A model generated the notes under the pieces. That model had not been told where the DNA came from and did not search any database. It was given only the letters and a program-made list of their open reading frames with translations. A program made the position numbers and the translations under genes. A stretch of 64,000 bases of DNA from Balanoglossus misakiensis (taxonomy: Eukaryota; Animalia; Hemichordata). This document shows positions 27,110 to 40,200 of this stretch, in pieces; position 1 is the stretch's first letter, and each line of letters opens with the position of its first letter. Where the stretch lies: NCBI GenBank assembly GCA_040954595.2, contig CM082593.2:8937200-9001199 (forward strand), written 5' to 3'.

Positions 27110-27495
27110 GAGAATCTGTATCAGAAGCTGATATTGATTTTATGTCATCACTGACAGCTGATCAAAGAGATTATGAGGATTGGTATTTGTATAGACAAGG
27201 GAGCGTTACTGTCAGTATTGCACATGATATCCTTCACATGAAAGAAACTCGGGATTTGAATAACTACATAGTCTAAAAAATTATGTCTGGCAGTCACAGG
27301 ACAATGCCTTCAACCCACATTGATTGTGGTTTTAAACATGAACCTGTTGCTAAGCATTTATATCATGAGCAATACAAAAAGTTGCACCGGAAAGTGAAAT
27401 TTCAAGATGTTGGCTTAGTCATCAGTTCTGACAAGCTATATCTTAGTTCAAGTCCTGATGGGAGGGTATAATGTGAATGTTGTGGGACATCAAAA
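27110..27495 (+). pseudogene. YqaJ/lambda-exonuclease-like fragment
   Basis: QRDYEDWYLYRQGSVTVS...GFKHEPVA...DVGLVISSDKLYLSSSPDGRV*CECCG. Confidence 0.8.
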
Positions 27496-27692
27496 TGGCA
27501 CCTGGATAATAGTTGGACATAGTTGGTCTTGGTGTGTCAGGTTCAGACTTATCCTTTCTAATGTCAAGCTCATCTATTTCCATAGGTGTGGACTCTTTGC
27601 GGGGTTTATCCCACTTACAGGGAACATCAGTACCAACTTGAATATTTCTGTCTTTGTGGCGTCTATCGAAGTTGTTGATGCTAAACAACAAT

Positions 27693-28918
27693 TCATGGTT
27701 CCACAGCTGTCAATCACACTGAACCCTCAGCCAATCAGAGCCGAGAAAAGTCATGCTGTTCACACAACCGCCATTTTGTCCCACATATAATCAACAACGT
27801 CGCCCAGCCTACAGTACACGCTCAGTTAGAGATAGACAGACTGGAAGTTTTTTTTTCAGTTTTAGGAACTTAATGGTTTTAAAATATCGGCCAGAATAGT
27901 GAAGAGATGCACCTGGGGGACATGTAAATCGGATGAAAGGTACCTTGACCCAACATCGAGTATATTTTTGTTCCGTTTTCGAAGCCAAAAACGCAGAGAG
28001 AGGGGTGTCTCAAGTGGTGGATATTAAACGTTTTCGTTTAGATTTTAAACTGACACGTCTTCAATATAAATATTCAACAATGATTTTATTGCTAAAGTGT
28101 TTGAAAATTTTGAAATTCATATGCTGCTTGCAATTTCCATTTGAAATGTCAATGTTGTTCGACCCGTTATAAAATGTCCGGCGTTGTAAACAATGGGGCC
28201 GCGCGCTATCAATCCAAGTAACGTTCACGTAGTTTTCTGACTATTTGCCGCATTATCAGTGTTTTCATCCATATTTACCTACCAAAAATATCGTCAGGTG
28301 AAGTGATACCTCTTGTGTCTCATATTTCGTCTGATTTCACTCAGAAACAGCACGATAAACTTAACCTTTGGGGCCCGTTATTATTAACAGCTGATCGTGG
28401 TTTCATGTCCGTTTGCATGTGACCCCGACACGGGACCCCGACCGCATAACTTGATCTGTCGATCCTTTTAAAATAGTGCTATTTTTCGCTGAAATGTTTA
28501 AAATTCACAAAGAAGCTCACTTTCATGGACACTTGGTCTATGTATGTGATAAATATATAATTCCCCCGTATTCCTCACTCGTGTACCTGCGTCGCAAACT
28601 CGACATACCAAGTATAGCCTGCAGCCCGGGGGGATACGGCCGCTATCGTCCGCGATGCAGGCACACTCGCTCGAAATACGGGGGAATTATACCTCATTAA
28701 ACCCTTTTCCTGTGACTTCTTGGATAGGTTTTTTAACTCTGGTAGGTAGCATACAGAAATATCGCCAGGAACGTTGCGCAGACTATCACTGAATGAATCT
28801 AGTTTCCCCATCCACGTTGTGGAGCTATGGAGGTCAATGTCCCACAAGCTCGAAGCTTGTGGGGCGTAGCAACAGTAACCAAGGGGGGCGTGGCTTATAC
28901 CGTAGGGTGGAACTATGA
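27693..28918. mobile_element. Non-autonomous element with AT TSD
   Basis: TIR TCAT(G/A)GTTCCAC; AT at 27691-27692 and 28919-28920; removal restores HCVALLFS. Confidence 0.85.
28556..28691. repeat. Palindromic hairpin element
   Basis: TATAATTCCCCCGTATT...AATACGGGGGAATTATA with further internal pairing. Confidence 0.75.
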
Positions 28919-31900
28919 ATGCAACACAATGTTTGCATGTTCCATGCTCACTGTAAAAAAAATTCAGATACATGTACATGGTAAATGTTAACGCATGATT
29001 GCAGCTTTTTTATTTATGCCTCTCTGTGACTGTCAAATGAAAACTGAGGTATTCAAACCTAAAACGTCAATACATCAAATGGAGAATGAAATCATATTAA
29101 CTATTTTCAAATATTTAATATTTGAAAAGAGATCATTTACTTACTGATATAACCAATTTTGCAGGAGACAGTTAAGTGGTCATAAGAATCATGTTTTTGC
29201 AGGGACTGCAAGTGGCACACTTTTGGGAAGCCTAGCAATGGGCAACTAAGATTGTAGTTTTCTGAAAATAAGTTAATTATGACAAAAATTCCTGTCACTA
29301 ATGTCCACTACATTAAACAGTTTAGTTGTAAATAAGCCATGTCAAAAAACGTCAGCATCAGAGGTTTTTCAAAGAAAAATATACAATTATCGACAGTTAT
29401 ATCTAATTATCAAGCAGAGTGACATAGTATTTGTTTTATATTTTTCAATATAGCATTTTTCAATGGATCATCTGTGACAGTTTCAGGAAATTGACAATAC
29501 TAAATTGTTTAACAATTTCACATTTTACTTTCTCCTTTTAACAAGCAACAATCAAGTATTTTTTAGAAAATTGAAATAAATAGCAGGTGGATTTGTAGAG
29601 AAACACTACGAACAATTTCATATCAGATGTTAGCGCTGGTGCATCTTTACATATTTCTGTTTATTGACTGAAAAGGGGTGTTTAATATAGCTAAATGTTT
29701 TGACATTATTTCATTATTTTATTTTCTGTGTACCAACAATGGTTTCTTATGCTATCCCTTCATAGAACACCACAGGCTGTTTCGGCAACATACATTGTAT
29801 ATATGTGAATGTTATTGATGAGAAAATTAACGAATTCTAGTCTGGACTTGAATTGAGCTCAGTTATCAACAGTAACAAATATGGTCTGTGCTGGCAGGCC
29901 AAATGCTGGGTATTTTATTATGCTTCACAGAGTAGAACAAGAAACTGTAGTAAATATACAAAATAACCCACCGTAAAAATTACCCGCAATTCCTGCTTAT
30001 GAAGACGTAAAACACTTCTGTCATCCAGGTAGCCATGGTGGTTTGTTTCTTATAAATCAGTACTTCTGGGCAAATATTGAGTCTGTGAGGCTTTTTACAT
30101 GGCCCCCCTAAAGGATTGTGATTTTTGTGTCTGCCCCCTCCCCCCTAATTTTTCTTGGGGAAAATGGGTGGCCCCCCTGAAACCCCCCCCCCCCTGGAAG
30201 TAAATTCTGGACAGTCCCTTATCTAATTTTGCAAATCCTGATTTACAGTCTTCAACAGCACTTAAAATTAGTCAACAGATACTGTTGGAAAAACATAGAC
30301 AATTCTGTCAGACTCTACTGACAGTTTTCTCATCCAAACACACAGATAAAGCAAACCGAACTAAAAAACAAATGTCAAAATACATGTATAACCATGGTTA
30401 TTTCAACCCACCATTTCTATGTACCTAGTCACACTGGTAGAACTAAAAGCCACAAAAAAATACTTACGCAACACAATTACAGCCTCCAGAGATGATTTGG
30501 GAATTTGTCTTCATAAGAAACCATGTACGATATGGTTTTTCACGCTGTGATGTTTCGCGGACACAGTCCGCCATAACATATGTATTCAGTAGTTGAAACC
30601 TGGTGGAGTTTCAAATCGACGATGTGTCCATCCCTAAATAGCAGAAATCCATTATCGTTTCGAAAGTCAGAAAGCCTTTCCCGTGTCCAGTCACATTTGT
30701 CCAAAACATATATCAGGATATCGGCAATTTCTATTGCAGGAAGAGAATGGAGGTCGCTGACCCACTCGGTGATCGTCGCCGGATCAGGCAAAGTGATAGA
30801 ATATTGCTTTTGGCTGGGTCGCGATCGTCTGCTACCGTCCGCCTTTTTTTGCTCGAAATTTCCTGATCACCAGGCTCAAGTGGCCGAACGTCCAGTTCTA
30901 TGGCTAACTCCACTACCTGAATTAGTCTATCTTTCCTGGTATTACAGCAAGTTATACCTCTTTCCGACAAAAACTTTCTCAGGTCAGGAACTTATGTAAA
31001 CATGACCCCATTCAGGACCGGAAGTGCAGTGATCCCAACTCGCACGCCCTCAGGCGACAAGAGTCTATGAACTTTCTACTTTATTGAGAACTCGGAACCC
31101 GCGAATTCTCAGTTTACAATGAGGCCAACTTCACGCTCGTCAAATCGGGGTCATGCATGATAGAGGTCACAATAAGACTGGGGGTCTGAGTGTCGTCGGT
31201 GCATCGACAGAAGTAATATTTATATTGATTTATTGACTCTTCAACTTGAGTTATACCGAGATGAATCAAGGAGTCATGGTCCAAGCAATGATGAGACAGG
31301 GGGACGGGTGATACTCAGAATCCGCATGCATGTGAGTAAAACTCTGTAGAATAGACAGTGATAGCCCTAGCCTGCGTACAGGTCTGTGTGCATTCGAGGC
31401 GTTACACAGGGCTAAGACAGTGTGTAATATAATGGCGAAGTATGCCCCTGATATTGGCCCTCCAATAAACATCCCACATCTTTCGATGTTTCTCAGTGTG
31501 TTGACCTAAAAGTCGTGTACGTTCACACCTTTTGTTATAATCCAGCAAACAGGCCTGGTTTGGCATGTACCTTGTGAAATTCCTCCAACACCTCTCCAGG
31601 CCCTAAATAATGACCTCTACCTTAGACAGCTTCAAGTTGTGATTATAATGGTGGGCCTGTAATTCCTCATTATAACCAGTAAACTAGCACAATTTACTGT
31701 CTCAGACTTGGACAATTTCCACCGCTATCAATATTCAACTTGCATGTTAGCTTATGTTAAAACGAGGAAACAGACCTGGTACCAGTTTATTTGAACTAGT
31801 GAAATTTGTTATATTGTCATCCTTGATGTCTTTTCATTATTTTTTTTTAGATATGTGGGAATATCATTCATCAAAATTCCGCTCAATCCGCTGCAACGCA

Positions 31901-32153
31901 ACGAGGAAAGCTTTAAGGTATGTTAATTTTGAAATGCAATTTAGAATTTACAAACAAATATATTTAGTTTTGAGTTTAATATTACCGATAAGTTGGTATT
32001 TACACCATTTTATGAAATTTGTGTATATGTGAACACAATACCAAGAATTCTCATCCTTTGGCTTTTTGGTGAGAACTCTTCTTCTAAATTAACTCTTCTT
32101 CTGGTAGTAATTCCGTAACACATTTGACATTTTACCATGCTGCAGATGATAAT

Positions 32154-32826
32154 ATAAGGTTATTCACAAAATACCGGGATTTATGTCCAAGTACATCATA
32201 CAGCGGAGGTATTGTCCGAGACGCGCAGCGCCAAGGACAATACCGAAGCGTATGATGTACTCGGACATAAATCCCGGTATTTTGTGAATAACCTTATTAT
32301 TATACACCTTCTCTGAACGTTCTTCATGAACGATAAAGAATAAATTGGCCGCTATGGGACTTTCTAGTTTTCAGACGCCGCCATGATGTAATTTGCATAT
32401 CGAACGCGCCTTCACTCGCGCATCAGGTGATGCTAGTGTCGAGCTGCCGACGTCTCGCGCGCGACGTTCTACGCTGCTTGCGCTGAGCTCGTGACTGGAA
32501 CTTGAAATAAACGCGCTCGCCTGTTTGTTCACAGATTCCTTCGACTGAAATTTCAGCGTGGATTTTGACTTATTTCGCATCTTGGGTCACCAATAATTTT
32601 GTTTAATAACGGCTGTGTACTTTTTATATAAATTTTTGTCAGAGTAGGGTTAATATCATCATTGTTTACATTGATCACCAGTCCTGTGAGGTCAAAGTCA
32701 CAATGCGTCCAATAACCCTGGTGTTATTGGACTCCGCGTCCTCATTTGAATAATTATTGTACGGTGATACCGCGAATTATTGTATTACGGAACTCCATAG
32801 GTTACAGCAGTAGGTGTATAATAATA
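32154..32826. mobile_element. Hairpin-ended non-autonomous element (Crypton-like, tentative)
   Basis: ~145-bp palindrome at 32154-32297, then TATTATTATACACC whose inverse GGTGTATAATAATA is at ~32812. Confidence 0.5.
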
Positions 32827-33900
32827 ACTAGTACAAGGATCGGGTTCCTTACCTGTTTGATTACGTTGTCTGTATTGTGCTGAGCATGCTGTCTTCGAAA
32901 TATAATTCTTATAGTTCGTCGGGTAAATATATTAATGTGTATACTGAGAGTTACAATCAGATACCATATAAGTCCTTCATCTTTGAATGTGTTAACATTT
33001 GGTGATATTAAATGACAATGGCCATCTAACATAGACAAATGATGCCAATGAATGGTACAGGTAACATGTCGCTAAACCGTTGGTTGACCAAATCCCATAA
33101 GTGGAGGTGACCAGCTCTGCCAGTCAGAATTGAGGGACAAAGACTCTATTTATTGATTTTTTTTCATAAATTTTCTTTGATATGAAAAGCTGTTTCTGTT
33201 GTTTGACAACTTGAAACAAGCTGAAATGTGTGTACTGGTGAAGTGTACTCTACTTATAGACAGACAAGACTGAACATTCAGTAAAAGTACTAAAACAGTT
33301 TATGGTGTCTTACAACATATTCACTGTTGAGTCAACTTCTGCCTATTTAAACTTGACTGCAAAGCCAATATTGCATAGTGTCTCTCAAAGCTGTGTAACA
33401 CATTTCTTCATGTGCCTCTGTTTTTGTTATGCACTGTTGAATGTGTTAGATTAAGGCCGGTGTAACTTTGGGAATGGAAGTTGTTGCATCATTAGTTCAT
33501 TAGATTTGATCAAAATGCTTGGGGGGGGGGGGGGGGGGGGCTGCCTACACTCTCCTGAACAATGCTGCAAAAACTTCTCAATCGATTTACACATTGCAAC
33601 CAACAATCAGCCAGCATTTTTCTAATTTGGGCTAAAACTGATTCCTTGAATGGCTGTAATGTCATGGGACCTAGTATATGTAATGGTTTTGTGCTATGCA
33701 CCACCCTGTTACCCCATATCATTGCTTAAAAATAACAACTTTGAGCATTTAGGACTTTGATAATTTCCACCATGCTGCAATTCCTGAAAATGTCTCTTAT
33801 AATCCGTAATGAATAATTCTTTCCATTTCATTCACAGATAGTTAGGTGTAGGCCGCGCCAGTTAGGTGCTAGAGAGGGAAGATTGGACTTGTTGCGATTC

Positions 33901-36900
33901 ATGGTAAGTGATTTACAACAATTGTAGAAAACCTGAAACTGAATTCTCTTTCCATATCTGTAACCCAGAAATAGCCAAACACATTTTGTTCACACATGTA
34001 GTGGGGCACTTAACCAAAAAATCGTGCACTTTGGGTTAAAAGCATGAAACTTGGTACACTTATGCATTGACCCATGGCGGTCATTTTTTGATATGGATCC
34101 AAAATGACAGCGCCCTCTAGTGGCCAAAAACAGACATTCATACTTAAAAAACGTGCACTTCGGGTTAAAAGCCTGAAACTTGGTACACTTATGCATTGAC
34201 CCATGGCGGCCATTTTATGATATGGATCCAAAATGACAGCGCCCTCTTGTGGCCAGAAACTGACATTCACACTTTCCCCCCATTTATGGCACTTTTTGGT
34301 CATTTGTAACACTTGAAACAGGAATGTGGGTTGTAAAACATGCTGGCTACCATAGATTCATGTGTATATTATCCTAATCCTGATATACATGTATCAGATC
34401 AATCTTGATGACATCTTCCTTCACAGTAACAATGACCACTGCTGTCAGACTAGACCTAAAGCACCTACAGAAACATGTGCATGACTTTTGGCAACTGATT
34501 TCCTGAGGTTGACTCTTTTCTCGGGCTTGACTATGAGTTGTCCAACTTGATTTCCACTGGGATTCTGTTGGTTTGATATAGCTTTGCTAGGTTTCTCATA
34601 GCACATGTTCTTTAAGAGCTACATGTGAAGAAGGAATATTCTCAAGAACCCTTGACTTTCTGGAGAAGAGGTGTTGTCTTACCCCTTTGCATGACTTTGT
34701 GTATTCAACTGGTTCTGTTATTTCGAAGAACAAATCATTCAATTAGTAACATACAAGATTGATCTGATACATGTACATCAGTATTAGGATAATATTCAAA
34801 GGAATGTATGGCAGCAAGCATGTTTTACAACCCACATTCCTGTCTCTGAGTGTTAAACTTGCCCAAAAAGTGTCATTAATTGGGGGGAAAAGTGTAAATG
34901 TTAGTTTCTAGCCACTAGAGGGCGCTGTCTTTTTGGATCCATATTGGAAAATGTCCGCCATGCGTCAATGAATAATTGTACCAAATTTCATGCTTTTAAC
35001 CCGAAGTGCACAATTTTAAAGTATGAATGTCTGTTTCTGGCCACTAGAGGGCGCTGTCATTTTGGATCCATATCAGAAAATGGCCGCCATGGGTCAATGC
35101 ATAAGTGTACCAAGTTTCATGCTTTTAACCCAAAGTGCACAATTATGCCAACATTTGGGGTTTAGCTCCTGCACTAATGGCGCAAGGACTATGTGCTTTT
35201 AAAGTTGGCATATGAATATCCGCTTTTTATCTCTACTTGGAGCTTGGTGGATACCAGTAGACTGAGTGTGTGTCCTCCTATGTCTGTCATCCTGCATGTT
35301 CATACAAGTTCAATCACATGATACAGAGGTTCCATTCGATTATTCTCCTTTGCGTACTTTAATATGCATACAGAATTTACTAAATGCATAAATGTAACAA
35401 AGTTGGGTAGGCAATTGAAAGCCTGAATAGAACAGAACACCACTGTACAGGTACATTATAACAAAGTTTTATCTATCAATGTCATTTTGCCTGAGTGAAA
35501 ATTGTAACATTTCTGTGCATATCTGCATTATTTTCATTTGTAAGCTTTGGTGAATACAATTTGCAAATTTGCACTGGTGTTGAATGCATCCTTCATTATA
35601 TTTGTGTAATTATGGTCAGACATTGTGAAATGCGCAGGATTTTGCATTAACAGAACCACTGATCATAGGACTTAAAATCTTTATGGCAATGTAACTGTAG
35701 CCATATTGTACTGACTTTATGTAACAATTCATTTGTAGTCATACTGATATATGTTTTCTGTTCAAGTTTGAGTGCATGAGAAGGCTATCTGTGTCATGGG
35801 TGTACTGCACGATTGAGTTGCATATATTCATCTTCATGGGCATTCAAATACACAACAGCGCCCTCTAGAGGTTGGCTATGTAGATGTCAAACTCACGAGC
35901 ATAAACAGTTAAAGCAACATAAAAAAAAATTGGTATTTTTGTTGGAAAATTTGCATATTTATAATTTTCGAGTAAACTACATATTTATCCCCTGAAACTA
36001 ATCACACAAGTATTATGGTACGAGTTATTGGACTTCATTTAGCCTACATCTGACTTTGATCAACAATTTTTTCAAGTAATAATTTGAAGTTCATTTGTAA
36101 CTTGGATCAACTGTTTGTGGTCCTTTAAAACTGTGCTAATCTTGGGTTTTATAAAGTACCTTGATCCATCGTTCTATACTAGTATGCAGTAAATGTGTCC
36201 TTCGACCAAAATGGCATGACATTGACAGTTTTCAACATTTCAGTTTCAAGGATTTGCTTATACTATTTTTTTTGTATAATTTGAACTAGGCCAGAGATCC
36301 TCCAGAAGATCCCCCAGAAAAGCCCAATGTAAGTAGCTTTGGTTGTTCTGACCTCTTAGTCATGCGTGCCTTTATACAATGTTTAAAGGGAAGGGGTCTT
36401 AGCGCTGTGTGGGTGACCCCCTGATGAGAATACATCCTCCCATACCAGCACAAACCTCACTGCAGTCATCACAGCCGGGATCTTCAGTTGCTGTGATGCC
36501 CAGTCTTTGGTACGGTTGGCTGCTTGTTCATTGGTCGGTGAATTCTAATATCTTTAGATATATCAACAAACAAACGCAGCACGACGACCCCTTCACTTTA
36601 AAGTGCCACAATATTATGCAAAATTTAGGTTTCTTTTTGAACGCATATTTAATACAGTTGCACATTTTTATTTATATTCATGTACTTGAACCAGTTTGTT
36701 ATGTAGCACAACATGATATGTCAAAACACTGGCAATAAAGACAAATATTCTGGAGAGAACCTATAGAGTAAACAGCCAATTTAAATACACCCAGGCACAG
36801 CACTGGTATTTGTGCCTGTGTGTGCCTTTATATGCATTCTCACACTCCTGGCAGCTGGGAGTGTGGGATTAATAGAATCTCACACTCCCAAAGACTTGGG

Positions 36901-37181
36901 TTCATAATTCTCACACAAGTTGGGGATTTTTTGTCCCACATGAGCTGCGGCTCGTAGAGCTTTCGATTCTGTGAGAGTGTGGGATCGATTTATCCCACAC
37001 TCACGATAAAGGTGCATTATCACTTATCAGGTGTATTTTTACTTTACAGCTCTATGAGGTTAACTGGCTATGGCTGCTGATCGCAGTTGCTGTTTTAGCA
37101 GTGGTGTGTTGTGTTTTCGTAAGTATAGGCACATTAGACTGTTATGGCAATTAATGTATGTATGTACGTATTTGTGTGTGA

Positions 37182-37212
<31 letters not shown>

Positions 37213-40200
37213 TGTATGTATGTGTGTATGTATGTATACATATCTGTATGTATGTATGTATGTATGTATGTATGTATGTATGTATGTATGTATGTATGTA
37301 TGTATGTATGTATGTATGTATGTATGTATGCATGCATGCATGTACATGGATGGATGGATGGATGGATGGATCTTGTGTGGTGCACCTGACTTCGACAGTA
37401 CCTGTGTGCGAACGTTGGAAGCAGTCATCCTGGGCATGGCTGACCAGAAATTTGTGCAAGACGGCGGCCAGTAACTGACCCTTGCCGTTTAGCTGGCACA
37501 TCCAGCAGTGGGAATGGGTCTGGGGAGCAGGCCAGAAACAAGACACTGGAAACATTTCTTCTACAGGCAATGTTTTAAGCTTGTTTTGTTTTTTCCTCAG
37601 GTTCTGCACAATAGTCACCACATTAAAGAGAAAAAGTTGACCATGGAAGAAGTTATAGACATATTGCACAGCCTGAAAATGATGCTTCTGAGGCAACAGG
37701 AAACGTTACAAATCCAATTAGATTGGATTATACATAATGAGGCAATGGTAAATGATTTTACGAAACTGGCCGAAACTTTCAAGACTCTGGAGCAGGAGAC
37801 AAGGTAGGTGTGGCGTACACTTGTATATATGTGTAAAGTTGAATATACCGCAGTACATGATACTTCAGTGGCACCTTTGTAAGAACAAAAATTAAGCGGT
37901 CTAATTATGTGGTCAGAACTATAATATTCACATTTTATATTTTGCAGGACACAATTTTCATTTCAATCAGAGCACACTCATACTATTTGCACATTGTACA
38001 TGTGGTATATCATGGTTCGCGTTAGCGCAGATAATTTACGTTTTCACGCAAGATTGTAATGATTGCACTCAAGAAAAGACGTGCCGTTGCGAGCACTGCA
38101 CGCAAACGTTTCTCATGCCGGCTAAAAGTGGCTATTGATCTGCAGTAGCTAGGCAACTATATCAGTATTATGACTCCGCTTGCGCTGCGCGTCTGGAATT
38201 CTGAGGTAAAAAAAACTATGTTGCAAGCCCATCAGGAAATGCGCGCGTCAAAAACAAGTTACAATGTACCTAAAATGTTACAAAATTTGTCCACTCGCGG
38301 TACTCATGAATGAACGCTTGCATGACGTTAGCAGTATGGGGTCATCATCAGGTCATGAAATGAGGCGATTCTACTTATACTGTGGGGGTTTCAGGTCTCT
38401 TACAATGCGCGCTCAAAGAAAGTGGGGCTGCACGTAAATAAATTATACCCGTTGCATGCACTGCACGTAAAAACTGCAAAGTCTAGCGCCAACCCTGGTA
38501 GTGTCGTCATCATGTACCGCATGACTGGTTGGCCCAGCCTCAAGCAGTTCAAAAATAATGTACACTTAAAAGGAACATGGTCTTAGAGTTTTTGTGCCAA
38601 CCAAAATGAAACGTTCTAATCATGTGGAAGTCATTTGTCAACAGTCACTCATTGTAAAAAAAGAAATTACAGCAGTGGAAATGCTCTGAGTGCGTCAACA
38701 GTGTTGCATCACCCAGGAAAATACGGATGTAGTCGTCAAAATGCGCCCAAATAACATAAAAGTGGTCTGGCTGCAAATCACCTCAGCCAAATTTTGTATA
38801 AATTGGGTCCATACAAATGAAAATTGGGTCCACCAAAATTGAAAAGGTGTCTGCAATATTATAGTAGTTCTGACCCAGAATTTGAATTGTTTTTGGCATG
38901 TAGGGGCCAATACGATCCATTGCATTTTCTCATCAGGGGCCACCCCTGTTTGTATGTATATTGGCCAGACTTTTGAAAACAACACATTTGGATCAAACCA
39001 CCAATGTGGTGAAAGGGTTAAATTAATTCAAAAACTGAATGTACAGCATTGAAGAATTATGTGTCTTTTAAATTGCATATTTTTTCAATAACGTCTTAGC
39101 TTTCATTTTTGTGTGTATATAATAAGAATGTGGCAGTTTCTTGAAGGGGATGCACATAATGTGTCTAACAATAATTCTGAAAATCACTGAAAATAACCTG
39201 TAAATTGCTGAAATATGAGTCAGTTTGAGCTCATGAGTCTTGTGCGTACTATCAACTACTGCAGAACAGGTTATTTTCGCGAGCAATAAATTTATACGTA
39301 ATACGCGAGAGCCAAAAAAACCCTGCGAAAATAAAGACTCATGTAAATATAGTAGCGAAAGAACAATGTGGTAAATACTAGTAATAGAATGATAGTCAAA
39401 CACATACACAACAAACTGTTTTCAGTTTGAAAGTGCAGGTAATTTATTAAAGTGGTTGCAGTTTCATGTTTTTCTACACATCGTGCAATTTGTTTGAACA
39501 TTGAGGTTTGGGGGCAAGAATCTTGCTACAAATGCGACAAATAAGCGTACAGTAGTAGGTTTTCGAAGATAACGTTGCAGTACAAGAACGCGAAAATTAA
39601 TACTCGCGTAACAGTGGCCTCTCTCGATATCGCGAAAATTGCAACTCACAAAAATAACATGTCTTACTGTCTTGGGTTTCCTTCAGCTGGGATAATCTGC
39701 AGCATGAAAAAGCCAAGGACCAATACCACCAGTATTTTGAACAAATGAATGAGGCACTGACCGCTTTCAGCCAAAAAGCCAGAGTGTTGAAAACGTGGTG
39801 GAAAAATGCTGCCGAAAGGTAAGGTGAATCTTGACCCCTGAGTGACCTTTACATCCTGGCATTTTTTTGGTATAATTTTGAGTTCAAACTGAGTTCAAAC
39901 TCTGGATCAGTCAACCTTACACACTGAATCTGTGCACTGTAAATAATCCCAAAACAAAAATTTTGTATGTTACACAAAAAGGAACATGTTGTGTGTAATG
40001 TTGACTCACGGGTGTTTCTAAAACTTGTAATGAGCACAACCTACAGTAATGACCAATAATGACCTTGAAATAGATTGAATGATTAATAAGGAGCAATAAC
40101 GACCAAAAATTTGGTCAAAACTCAGTAACTGAACAACTACTAGTCAGATTGGTTTGCAAATTTGTGTGTATTTACTGGTACTCTATTGCTCAGGAAGAAA

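Larger units (their letters stand above)
27500..31003 (-). pseudogene. SWIM zinc-finger gene (N-terminal part of a SWIM-YqaJ protein)
   Basis: Exon ~31003-30468 splices to 28950 and, after removing the insert, reads GCNCVAEHGTCKHCVALLFS...TDVPCKWDKPR. Confidence 0.75.
26682..31104. mobile_element. ISL2EU-like DNA transposon, deleted and rearranged
   Basis: TIR GCGGGTTCCGAGTT at 26684 and 31089-31102, with AT (or AATT) flanks; THAP-like start at 26875 (+) converging on a SWIM/YqaJ gene (-). Confidence 0.7.

Noticed and set aside
37060-37696. HTYI/MYVC repeat ORFs
   Set aside because: Translations of the (TATG)n microsatellite.
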